Virus record (IMG/VR): IMGVR_UViG_3300043357_000064
Location: 1 to 64,000 of that record
Length of the DNA: 64,000 bases
DNA from: a virus
Reading direction: 5' to 3' (one strand)
Shown: in pieces, positions 44,810 to 53,153 of the stretch
Numbering within the stretch: the stretch's first letter is position 1
Layout: the number at the start of each line of letters is the position of its first letter
Program-made: the position numbers and the translations under genes
Notes under the pieces: model-generated
Databases searched by the model: none
Seen by the model: the letters and a program-made list of their open reading frames with translations, nothing else
What the model was told of the DNA's origin: nothing

Positions 44810-46522
44810 CTAGCCGCCGCTGGCGGCCGGCGCTTTGTCGCCCGGCTGCGCCCCGTCGTCCGTCGTATTGTCGGGCTGTTCGTCGCCGGCCATCGGCCCG
44901 GTTCCGGCCTGTGCCGGGTCGGCGCCGAGTTTCGACAGCAACGCCAGTTGGCTACCGGCCGGCATCGGTGCACCCTTGGGCCAGATGAAATCGCCGTCCT
45001 CGTCGGTCATGCGTTCAACAATTTCGTCGACGCCGCGCACACCGAAGGCGGTCAGGATCAGACGCAGGACCACCTCTGGGGGCATGGTGCCCGTCGAGTT
45101 GGCTTTCATGATCGCGTCAGAGATGACGTCGACCGAGGTGTCGGTCAGATCCGGCCAAGTGATGTCGACCGTGTCCGTTGTGTCGCCGGCAAGGGTCACA
45201 TATTCGCGGCCCGATGTCGGGTCCTTGCGGACCATTCCCTTGAGGCTGCCCTTCGGTGCCCGCACAGACTCGGTGATGACGTAGCGCAGTATGTCGCCGT
45301 AGAACGTTGTCCACACCTCGCGGCGCTGCTTCATCGCATTCTCGGTCGGCTGGTCCAGGGTTTCCGCCGTTGCACGGGCACCGGTCTGGCCCGGGTCGGA
45401 CAGCAGCATCGTCACCGGGACGTCGAGGGCCGAGGCAACCATGGTGGCGAGCGGCCGGCCGGAGTCGGCGTCAATCGTCGCCCCGGACTTGTTCATCGCC
45501 TCAAGTGCGACATCCGGCGAAATGATGGCTGTGCCGCCGGCCGCGTCCGGGTGCTCGGTGTAGCGGTTACGGCCAGGTGCGGCCTGCATCGCGGCCCGCA
45601 CCTGCGCAGCCTTCGAACCCGGCGCGGTCGCCTTGAATGCAAACCGTGACAGCGACTTGACGAGTTTTGCCCAGTCCTCCAGGAAGTCCTTGTAGGCCCG
45701 CGCCCAGTCGATCGCGGCATAGGCGTCGGGGACGCCGAAGTCCCAGTGCAGCGGCCGGTTGACAGCGACGTGCTTGATCGGCGCATCCCAGCGGACCGGC
45801 CAAGAGTTGATCACACGCGGTTTCGCGGCACCCGTCGGCCGGTAGTTCATCGCCGGGTAGTAGCACTCCTGCTCCGTGGGCATGACCGTGCCAGTGGAAA
45901 CGTTGAACACGTTCTTGAACCAACGGCGGTGGTAAAACCACGGCTCCGACTGGTCGTCGGGGTTCGAGATGACCTGCACGATTTCGTCGCGGGGGATGAC
46001 ACGGATCGACACCTGGCCGGTGACCGGCAGCGTGAAGCACGACACGAACACGTCGCCGTCGGTCCCGAGGGCGTGCTCAAGTTGGTCGCGTGCCTCGGGG
46101 CCGGTGACGGCACGGACGTTGCCTGGGTCGGTGAGGAAGTCGTTGACGACCGCCTGGACGTCCTGCTCGCCGGTTTCGCGGCCGTTGGCGCGGGCGGTGA
46201 TCTCAACGCCCGCACCCCACACGTAGGCGGATTTGAGGTTGAGCCCGCGCTTTATTAGGGGGCTTATGATATTGAAGATCCGGCAGGCCCTGCGGATCTG
46301 CCGCATCCCCTCCGGCGAGAACTGGCGGTCCGCCAGCGCAGTCATCCGGATCCAGCCCGGGTCCATCATTGAGCGCTCAAGGTCGAGGAGCGACTCTTCG
46401 AGGATCTCAATCGTGTCGTCGCGCTGCTGCAACTGCTGCTCGTGCAGCGTCTGCGAGTACGGCGTCGGAACTACCAGCGTGCCCGAAGTGCGGGCTGGCT
46501 TGCGTGCGGCCATCGCGGACAC
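44810..46522 (-). CDS. Portal protein
   Basis: 570 aa, directly downstream of TerL. Confidence 0.8.
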   Translation of the reverse strand: MSAMAARKPARTSGTLVVPTPYSQTLHEQQLQQRDDTIEILEESLLDLERSMMDPGWIRMTALADRQFSPEGMRQIRRACRIFNIISPLIKRGLNLKSAYVWGAGVEITARANGRETGEQDVQAVVNDFLTDPGNVRAVTGPEARDQLEHALGTDGDVFVSCFTLPVTGQVSIRVIPRDEIVQVISNPDDQSEPWFYHRRWFKNVFNVSTGTVMPTEQECYYPAMNYRPTGAAKPRVINSWPVRWDAPIKHVAVNRPLHWDFGVPDAYAAIDWARAYKDFLEDWAKLVKSLSRFAFKATAPGSKAAQVRAAMQAAPGRNRYTEHPDAAGGTAIISPDVALEAMNKSGATIDADSGRPLATMVASALDVPVTMLLSDPGQTGARATAETLDQPTENAMKQRREVWTTFYGDILRYVITESVRAPKGSLKGMVRKDPTSGREYVTLAGDTTDTVDITWPDLTDTSVDVISDAIMKANSTGTMPPEVVLRLILTAFGVRGVDEIVERMTDEDGDFIWPKGAPMPAGSQLALLSKLGADPAQAGTGPMAGDEQPDNTTDDGAQPGDKAPAASGG

Positions 46523-46536
46523 CTCCGAGCAGTGGG

Positions 46537-48993
46537 TCAGTAGCTCGGGCCGATGTGGAAGTCGGCGTCGTCGTCATCCTCGAAGATCTCGTCATCAAAG
46601 AGCAGCGGATTCAGCAGCAGCCGGTTCAGGGCCTGCGACGACGTATCCACCTGGTCGTCGTTCGAACCGTTCGGGAAGCTGGCGTGCTCCTCGATGAAGT
46701 CGCCGATCCACGGGGCAATCTCGGGCGCCGGCAGGAACACGTTCCCGGCCTCGACGAACGGCGAGACTGCGCGCGCACGGGCAACCTTGGAACCTTCCGG
46801 CTCGACGCCGATGAGCCCGGCGACGATACGCCGCAACTGGTTCATCACGGCGGTGCCGTTGGCCTTGTCCTCGACGTACTTGGCGATCGCCTGCGGCCAG
46901 CGTGCGGCCAGCGTGCGAACCTCGGTGCAGGTGTTGACGAAGGAGAACCGGCCGCGGACCTGATCGAGGAGGAAAGCTTCGACGCCGCGACGTCCCCAGA
47001 CCTGACCGACAACCCAGTCCGACGAGTCCAGGTCCTTGAACGCCATGTCCCAGGAGATGCAGATCTCGTCGAAGCCGACCGCCCAGCGAGTGCCGTCGGG
47101 TCGTTCGATCCACTGCGGCGACTCGTAGCTCTGCCACCATTCGCGGTTGAAGATGTTGCCGCCGGCAGGCGATGGGCGCCCCTGGTAGAGGGCGTTCCAC
47201 GAGCGGGAGCCGACTTCGCGTTTCTTCTCGTCCCAGTCGGCCGGGGTCCGGTCGCGGGTTGAGACCAGGTATTCGCCGGGCTCGCGGCCGAGTGGATCAG
47301 TCTCGCCCTTCGCCGGGTCGTGGTCGGCTTGGGCCGGGATGTTGATGACGCGCCAGTCGATGCCGTCGTTGCGCTTCTGGAGCCAGCCGGACAGGTCATC
47401 GTCGCGCCATCTGGTCTGAATTATGACGACTGCGACGCCGGGGCCCAGGCGTGGGATCGCGACCTCGGTCCAGAAGTCCTCGACCGTTTCCTGCCACGCC
47501 TCCGAGTCGGCCTGTTCGCCGTCCTTGTACGGGTCGTCGATGATCAGAAGATCGACGGGGCGTGACGTGAGCGAGCCGCGGAGACCGACACAGTAGACGC
47601 TGCCCGCATGGCCGAGGAGTTCCCACTCGTGGGCAGCTGCGCTCGACGGGTTGATGGTGAGGTTGAGCGTCTTGCCGTGGTCATTGATGTCGTCGCGGAT
47701 CGCCCGTCCCCAACGGCGGGCGATGCTGTGGGCGTAGGAGACGATCGCGATCCGAAGATCCGGGTTACGCCTCAACATCCACAGCGGGAACCGCCGGGAC
47801 GTGCGCTGGCTGTTGTGCGTTGGCAGCAGTGAGCGGCCAGCCAGAAACGTGTGATCCAGACTGTCGACTTCGATGCAGCGGGTCGGCACGCTCTCCGTCT
47901 GCTCGGCCCATGTGTAGCGGACGCGGGCCACCGAAGAGTCGGTGCACTTCGCGGCCTTTCGAGGAAGCCAAGCCGCATTGGCCATGAAGAATCGAACGCG
48001 ATATTTCGGTCCGCAATCCTTGCCAGCGATGGTTGCGCGGCCTTCGCGGGTGGATGCCTTGGCGCCGAGCGAGAACACCAACTCGCGGACATCGTCCGCC
48101 AGGCGCTTATTCGTCGCGCAGAACTCGACCTGCCCCCGCGGATCCACGTATCCGTCGGTGTCGACAAGGCCCTGCAGCAACGCGAGACGCTGTGCGCGAG
48201 AGGCACGGTGGTAGATGGCGGGGACGTGCTTGTTTCCCCACACGCCGAGTTCGACCAGCGCCTTGCGGATCGGACTGCACGCAGTCGTTCCCGCGGGCGC
48301 AAGGCTCCATGCGTATTCGGCGCGGCCCTTGCGGCATGGAACGCCAGCCGAGCGGATGCGCTCGACAATCTCAATGTCAGCCGATGTGATCGCTGCGGCG
48401 TTGGTGTGGCCGTCGCCGAGCCATGCGCCAAGGACGTACGGGTCCAGCGGCAGTACGGCATCAGGCAGGTTGAGCCCTGAGGATCCAGTGATCTGGGCAT
48501 TCTTGCTGCGAGGCTTCGCGAGCAGTTCGGAGGTGACGAGACGCTCGCTGCTGGTGCGATCCAGCCGCGCAGGCCAATCGTGGCGAGCGTCGGCAACAAT
48601 CGCCTCACCGTCGCCTGTTCGCACGATGTAGCAGGGTCGGTTAGTCCATGTCGGCGACGTCCACGTGACTCGGCACGGTTTTCCGTGACGATCGAAGACC
48701 TCGTCGCCGACGGATAGAGCACCCATGGTCGTCCAGCCATCGGGCGTCGCGATCGGGGTATCGAGCGCGAGCGCCTTTCCCTCCTGTGGTGGCAGGGCAA
48801 TCATCAGGCGCTTACATCGGCCTTCTGCGACGTCTACAAGCGCGGCGTCGATGAGGTCGAGCGCCGCGGTCTGCTTCGTCGTCGGGTCGAGGAACTTCGC
48901 GAGCGCGCCCGGCGTCGGGAATTCGGTGTCAGCCGGGCGCGGCATGAACGAGGCGACGCAGGCTTGCCACGCCATCTGTTCGAGAGTCGGCAC
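46537..48993 (-). CDS. terL: Terminase large subunit, interrupted by an intein
   Basis: GTG at 48993 with GGGAGG RBS. The track ORF extends further upstream as an Arg/Ser/Pro shadow. The Walker A PPQEGK|S is split by the intein. C-terminal nuclease-like region. Confidence 0.85.
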   Translation of the reverse strand: MPTLEQMAWQACVASFMPRPADTEFPTPGALAKFLDPTTKQTAALDLIDAALVDVAEGRCKRLMIALPPQEGKALALDTPIATPDGWTTMGALSVGDEVFDRHGKPCRVTWTSPTWTNRPCYIVRTGDGEAIVADARHDWPARLDRTSSERLVTSELLAKPRSKNAQITGSSGLNLPDAVLPLDPYVLGAWLGDGHTNAAAITSADIEIVERIRSAGVPCRKGRAEYAWSLAPAGTTACSPIRKALVELGVWGNKHVPAIYHRASRAQRLALLQGLVDTDGYVDPRGQVEFCATNKRLADDVRELVFSLGAKASTREGRATIAGKDCGPKYRVRFFMANAAWLPRKAAKCTDSSVARVRYTWAEQTESVPTRCIEVDSLDHTFLAGRSLLPTHNSQRTSRRFPLWMLRRNPDLRIAIVSYAHSIARRWGRAIRDDINDHGKTLNLTINPSSAAAHEWELLGHAGSVYCVGLRGSLTSRPVDLLIIDDPYKDGEQADSEAWQETVEDFWTEVAIPRLGPGVAVVIIQTRWRDDDLSGWLQKRNDGIDWRVINIPAQADHDPAKGETDPLGREPGEYLVSTRDRTPADWDEKKREVGSRSWNALYQGRPSPAGGNIFNREWWQSYESPQWIERPDGTRWAVGFDEICISWDMAFKDLDSSDWVVGQVWGRRGVEAFLLDQVRGRFSFVNTCTEVRTLAARWPQAIAKYVEDKANGTAVMNQLRRIVAGLIGVEPEGSKVARARAVSPFVEAGNVFLPAPEIAPWIGDFIEEHASFPNGSNDDQVDTSSQALNRLLLNPLLFDDEIFEDDDDADFHIGPSY
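47812..48774 (-). mobile_element. Intein (321 aa) with LAGLIDADG homing-endonuclease domain; class-3 signature
   Basis: Starts ALALDTPI (Ala1) and ends THN followed by Ser+1. Block B ARHDW, block F RCIEVD...HTFLAG, i.e. the W/C/T triplet. LGAWLGDGH and LLQGLVDTDGYV motifs. Confidence 0.75.
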
Positions 48994-49009
48994 GGCGCCT
49001 CCCGAAGGG

Positions 49010-49045
49010 TGCAGCCCGCAGCGGGGAGGTGTGCTGCGGGCTGCA
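49010..49045 (-). promoter_or_regulatory. 13-bp perfect-stem hairpin just upstream of the TerL RBS
   Basis: tgcagcccgcagc-ggggaggtgt-gctgcgggctgca. Confidence 0.5.
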
Positions 49046-49057
49046 GTCGATCGGGTG

Positions 49058-49411
49058 TTACGCGGTCGGTGCGGCGGGTGCCGGGTCCTCGGCGACCGCT
49101 TCGGCGTCGGCGCCGTTGATGGCGGTGTCGAGCGCGTCGATCTGCGCCTGGACGTCAGCCGGGATTCCGCCAGCGGCGTCGATCGTGGCCTGGAGTCGCG
49201 CGAAGGCGTCGGTGACATCGCCCTTGTACTTGTCGAAGTCCGCGGCGAGCGTGGTGACGTCGGTCATGATCGTTCCCTCTTTCGTGATGACGGTGCGCAA
49301 GTCGCGCTGGATGTCGGCCACGGCTGCGGCCATGTGTTGCAGGCTGTGCTGGATTTCGTCGAGCTGGCGCCCGTCGTGTCCAGGGCAGCGCGGGAAGATG
49401 CAGGCGAGCAT
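49058..49411 (-). CDS. Small coiled-coil protein immediately upstream of TerL
   Basis: 117 aa with high GC3 throughout. An internal ATG at 49267 has a strong RBS (GAAAGAGGGA). Confidence 0.45.
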   Translation of the reverse strand: MLACIFPRCPGHDGRQLDEIQHSLQHMAAAVADIQRDLRTVITKEGTIMTDVTTLAADFDKYKGDVTDAFARLQATIDAAGGIPADVQAQIDALDTAINGADAEAVAEDPAPAAPTA

Positions 49412-49604
49412 TCGCGCCGCCCTTCATGGATTAGTGGGCGCGCAGGTACACCGGCAGGGGAGTTGCGCTCGCTGCCTTAGGGGTGTCCTTCGCCGAATGA
49501 GTGCGGCGTTGACGCGCACCGTGGATCGCCGGGTGATCGAAACCCGCACGAGATCCATGCCGAGGATCCCCGCACACCAGTGACGTGCGACCCGTGCTTG
49601 GGCA

Positions 49605-49633
49605 ACAAAAAACCCGCCGTGTTTATCGGCGGG
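49605..49633 (-). terminator. Rho-independent terminator
   Basis: Minus strand cccgccg-ataaaca-cggcggg followed by TTTTTT. Confidence 0.75.
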
Positions 49634-49675
49634 TAGGCGGACTGGCTCCGTGTGCAGCTTGAGTGTGCGTGCAGG

Positions 49676-49930
49676 TCAGAGCGTTGTCAAGTCGCCAGCG
49701 TAAAAGCCCATCGCGAACTTCTCCAACTCGTTGAGCGAGTAGAGCGCGGCGCGGCCATGCCAACCAATACGGTGGACATGGCCGCGCGATTCCCATCCGC
49801 GAATCGCGGCCGATGTGACCGTCCGATCGCAAACGCGCGACAGGTGAACGGCTGCGACTACGGCTTCGGCAACGAAGTCGTCTTGGGGTCGCTCAGCTTG
49901 GACGGTCGCGTCTTCAAGTAGGCCAGCCAC
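49676..49930 (-). CDS. Small MerR/excisionase-like DNA-binding protein
   Basis: 84 aa. HLSRVCDRTVTSAAIRGWESRGHV...ALYSLNELEKF. Confidence 0.45.
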   Translation of the reverse strand: MAGLLEDATVQAERPQDDFVAEAVVAAVHLSRVCDRTVTSAAIRGWESRGHVHRIGWHGRAALYSLNELEKFAMGFYAGDLTTL

Positions 49931-49984
49931 TCATCCAGGGTAGATCCGAATTCGGCATCGAAGCGAGCCGCGATCCCTGGCCGA

Positions 49985-50176
49985 CTAGCTTCGTTCGATC
50001 CGCCTGTAGAGCGTTGCCTTCGCGACGCCGACTGCCTTCGCCGCAGAGGGCACGCTATGGCCGTTGGCGATGAGCGCCAGTGCGGCCTCCAACTTGTCCG
50101 GCGTCAGCGCGATCGGCGCAGATGATCGCGGACCTAGCTTCCGCTTTCTCCGTGCTGCAGTCTCGGACCATCGCAC
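49985..50176 (-). CDS. Resolvase-type HTH (HTH_7-like) ORF overlapping the endonuclease VII gene end
   Basis: RRKRKLGPRSSAPIALTPDKLEAALALIANGHSVPSAAKAVGVAKATLYRRIE resembles the linker + HTH of small serine recombinases. Confidence 0.45.
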   Translation of the reverse strand: MRWSETAARRKRKLGPRSSAPIALTPDKLEAALALIANGHSVPSAAKAVGVAKATLYRRIERS

Positions 50177-50567
50177 CTAGCCCGATCATCCAGCGCGATA
50201 TCTCGTCCCACTGTTCGGCGCTCACGTCGTCTGGCTTCAGCGGCATCCCCTCATGGGCAACTCGCGCCAGCATCCGCTCCAACTCCCAATGGCGGCCCTT
50301 CAACTTCCCGGGGTTGGGAATTGCCCCCGGGTGGTGGCTGCCATATATGACGGTAAGACCGAGCGACAGCGCCGGTGGGTTCGCCCGGTAGGCAACGATC
50401 CACGGGAAGTCGTGCTTGCCCTCGTCGTTATTGCACCGAGTGCATAGCAGTCCGCGGACAAGTCCCGTCTCATGGTCGTGGTCAACGACGGGGATCCGTT
50501 CTCGGGTGCAGATGGCGCACTTGCCAGCCTGAAGGTCGCGCAACTTCTGTAGCGGGTCTCTCATCAT
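50055..50567 (-). CDS. Endonuclease VII-type (T4 gp49-like HNH-fold) nuclease
   Basis: GKCAICTRERIPVVDHDHETGLVRGLLCTRCNNDEG. ATGA overlap with the recombinase stop. The last roughly 20 codons have poor GC3. Confidence 0.7.
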   Translation of the reverse strand: MMRDPLQKLRDLQAGKCAICTRERIPVVDHDHETGLVRGLLCTRCNNDEGKHDFPWIVAYRANPPALSLGLTVIYGSHHPGAIPNPGKLKGRHWELERMLARVAHEGMPLKPDDVSAEQWDEISRWMIGLGAMVRDCSTEKAEARSAIICADRADAGQVGGRTGAHRQRP

Positions 50568-51124
50568 TCCGACTTGCCCCCGATGTGTCGGTAGATGCTT
50601 GCCCGGCTAACGCCGATGGTCATCGAGATGACGTCCAGCGTGTACTTCTTGGATTCGTACATCTCTCGTGCGATAGCAATCTTCGCGGGTGTCATTTTCA
50701 CCGGGCGACCGCCGACGCGACCGCGAGCGCGGGCGGCTTCGAGCCCGTCGTGCGTTCTCTCCGAGAGCAGTTCGCGTTCAAACTCAGCCATCCCGGCGAG
50801 GATGACGAAGAACAGACGTCCGCCTGGAGTCGACGTATCGATGCCCTGATCGAGTACTCGAAGATCCACGTTGCGGTCGCGGAAGTCGTCGGCCAACTCG
50901 CACAGGTTGCGCACCGAGCGGCCGAGACGGTCGAGCCGCGTGATCACCAACTCGTCGCCTTCGCGGAGGTAGTCGAGCGCCTTGTCGAGTTCGGGTCGTC
51001 TCGCAAGCTTGCCGGATGCGTGGTCGGTAAAGATCCTTGCGCACCCACTCGCGGTCAGTGCATCGTGTTGGGCTTCCGGATGTTGGTCGCGGGTCGAAAC
51101 CCTCGCGTAGCCAATCTTCGTCAT
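50564..51124 (-). CDS. Small serine recombinase (resolvase/invertase family)
   Basis: 186 aa. IGYARVSTRDQ catalytic Ser motif, VITRLDRLGRS, C-terminal HTH ISMTIGVSRASIYRHI. Confidence 0.9.
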   Translation of the reverse strand: MTKIGYARVSTRDQHPEAQHDALTASGCARIFTDHASGKLARRPELDKALDYLREGDELVITRLDRLGRSVRNLCELADDFRDRNVDLRVLDQGIDTSTPGGRLFFVILAGMAEFERELLSERTHDGLEAARARGRVGGRPVKMTPAKIAIAREMYESKKYTLDVISMTIGVSRASIYRHIGGKSE

Positions 51125-51232
51125 GAATACATTGTGTCATAAACGGTATCTAGTTGCCAGCCGAGACGATGATTAAGTACACGACTTGTGCAAGCGTCCT
51201 GACCGGAATCTCGGCCTCTTGACTCGGCTATC

Positions 51233-51409
51233 TCATGGACGATCGTTTTCGGGCGCTGGCCAACGCTCGGCGATGGCGTCCAGTGCGACGGCGGCGCCCT
51301 CGATGCGACGGGCCGTGGCTCGTTCAAGCGGCGTCGACGCGGGTAGATCGGCAAGGACCATGCGCAGCATCCTGGCTGCGCTCTCGATATCTGCCGGCTC
51401 CGTCGCCAT
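51233..51409 (-). CDS. Unannotated small ORF (58 aa)
   Basis: MATEPADIESAARMLRMVLADLPASTPLERATARRIEGAAVALDAIAERWPAPENDRP. High GC3. Below the track cutoff. Confidence 0.35.
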   Translation of the reverse strand: MATEPADIESAARMLRMVLADLPASTPLERATARRIEGAAVALDAIAERWPAPENDRP

Positions 51410-51425
51410 GGGTCAATGATCGCAC

Positions 51426-51869
51426 TCATCGGTTCAACCGTTCGATCTCCTCCGGTACCCAGATGTTGCCGTCCAACAGCACGTACCGCGTCTCCGGTTC
51501 CACCGGCTCGCCGTTTACGAACTCGACCGGTACACCTTCGCGGACGAACCCGTCATAGTGGGCAATCGCCGACAGGCGTTCCGGAATCGTCATCGAGGTC
51601 AGCCGTTCTACCAACTCGTTGACGGTCGCCATCTCGTCCGGGCCGTCGTCGCCGAGCCACCACGGCACGATGTGCTCATCTTCTACGTTGTAGTCGTCGA
51701 GGACGGCGTGGAGTTGTCCGCCGTTCGAGTGGCCGAGGTCTTCGTAGAGGTGGCGGATCAGCTCGACGACCTTCGCCACGTCCGGGTTCCAGTCAGTCGG
51801 CGAGCCCTTGTCGGTCCAGCAGGTGATGCACATGGTCAAACCCTCGCCTTCGCCGGTCGCGGTGACCAT
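51426..51869 (-). CDS. Hypothetical acidic protein
   Basis: 147 aa. Alternative ATG at 51833. Confidence 0.5.
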   Translation of the reverse strand: MVTATGEGEGLTMCITCWTDKGSPTDWNPDVAKVVELIRHLYEDLGHSNGGQLHAVLDDYNVEDEHIVPWWLGDDGPDEMATVNELVERLTSMTIPERLSAIAHYDGFVREGVPVEFVNGEPVEPETRYVLLDGNIWVPEEIERLNR

Positions 51870-52027
51870 GGTCCGAGTATCCTCGATCTGCCAGCCGGTA
51901 AGGGTAAGCCGGCGGTAGGGGAACCCGTGGGTCAGTGGATATGCCGAATGCGAATGAGCTAACGCCCTGATCTGCTTCCAACACCAGTCGCGTTTGTACG
52001 AGCCCTACCGCAATGCTGGCGTCGCCC

Positions 52028-52468
52028 TCATCTCGCGCGACCGAGCATGTCGAGAACCCGGTCGCGCCAGACCTGATCGGCGCGCTCCTCGGCAATATGA
52101 ACCTCGTACGTCGCCTCGACCGGCCGGACCGAGAGCACGCCCTTGATCTGGCGGATCGCGGCGAGCGTGGCTTCCGAGTCGTCTTCACGCCGGTCGGTGT
52201 TGAGGACTACAACGTAGCCCGCGTGTCGATCTGTCATGGCGCTCTCCTTTTTGGGTGCCGGCGTGTCGATCAGGTCAACTTGGATGCAGCCGGAGTGGAA
52301 TTCGTGGCGTGGCCGCTCGTCGGGCTTCTCGTCGAAGTCGATCTCGAAGAGGTTGAAGTCCCATGCACCATCCGGGCCGGATGCTGCCTTGACGTTGTAC
52401 CGGTGACCGCACTTCGCGTGGATGGTCAATTCGATCTTCGTGGGAGCGTCGATCATGCTGGCCTCCAA
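52028..52468 (-). CDS. Hypothetical protein (possible two products)
   Basis: 146 aa. In-frame internal ATG at 52237 preceded by AAGGAGAG. Confidence 0.5.
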   Translation of the reverse strand: MEASMIDAPTKIELTIHAKCGHRYNVKAASGPDGAWDFNLFEIDFDEKPDERPRHEFHSGCIQVDLIDTPAPKKESAMTDRHAGYVVVLNTDRREDDSEATLAAIRQIKGVLSVRPVEATYEVHIAEERADQVWRDRVLDMLGRAR

Positions 52469-52950
52469 GTCGGGTCAAAGTCTGAGTGTGTTTCCCAACG
52501 CAGCGCGATCATCCGCACTACGGAGTCGATCGCCCACGCCACGGCGACCTGCCGTTCTACCTCGTCCTGGTCGCGACCGTCGGCGTACTCGTACCGCTGG
52601 CCGTTCTCGTCGAGTGCCCAGCAGTTCTCGACCTGGTCCGGGTCGCGCCACATGGCGAGGACTAGGCGAGTGGAGGCGACGTCAGCAAGCGTCTGGGCTG
52701 GATCCTGGCGAGCGATATGCCGAGCCGTCGCGCGCTGCTGATTGCTGCTGAGGCACACCACATCGGCAATCACCGTGCCCGCGAACACGTCGTGCGGCGG
52801 CTCGTCACCGGGGTCAATGACCTCGTACTCCTCGGCGCTGGTCGCCCAAGGTCCGGGCCATGCGGCCAGCGCAGTCTTCTCATCCTCGCCTACGCGTGCC
52901 TCGACGAAAGCGGCTGCCGTAATGCGGACGAAGGCTTCGATGTCAGCCAC
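52453..52950 (-). CDS. Hypothetical early protein (ead/Ea22- or DUF6221-like guess)
   Basis: 165 aa. AAWPGPWATSAEE motif. Confidence 0.45.
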   Translation of the reverse strand: MADIEAFVRITAAAFVEARVGEDEKTALAAWPGPWATSAEEYEVIDPGDEPPHDVFAGTVIADVVCLSSNQQRATARHIARQDPAQTLADVASTRLVLAMWRDPDQVENCWALDENGQRYEYADGRDQDEVERQVAVAWAIDSVVRMIALRWETHSDFDPTWRPA

Positions 52951-53153
52951 TAGTCCAGCCCCAATTCATTCCGGAGCGAGCTAGCGATGTCGGAGAGGTC
53001 CCGGTCCGTCAGGTTGACCACGAGCATCACGTCCGCCACCGCCCGGTCGCTGTCGATGAGAAGCGCGTAGGTGCCGTCGGAGTTGCGTTCGATGCGCACC
53101 TCGTTGGCGCCGTCGCGGTTCCAGTAGATCTCGTCATCGCTCCTGCCGGTCAC
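52950..53153 (-). CDS. Hypothetical small protein
   Basis: GTG at 53153 (GTGA overlap) in track ORF 52950-53612. Confidence 0.4.
   Translation of the reverse strand: MTGRSDDEIYWNRDGANEVRIERNSDGTYALLIDSDRAVADVMLVVNLTDRDLSDIASSLRNELGLD

Noticed and set aside
48994-49218. 75-codon N-terminal extension of the terminase ORF.
   Set aside because: The extension is an Arg/Ser/Pro/Thr shadow overlapping the 49058-49411 gene. A GTG at 48993 with a GGGAGG RBS gives a sensible TerL start.
50564-51124. The serine recombinase as the prophage integrase.
   Set aside because: At 186 aa it has only the catalytic domain plus an HTH. It lacks the large C-terminal recombinase and zinc-beta-ribbon domains of phage serine integrases, and it sits mid-genome with no recognisable att-like repeats.
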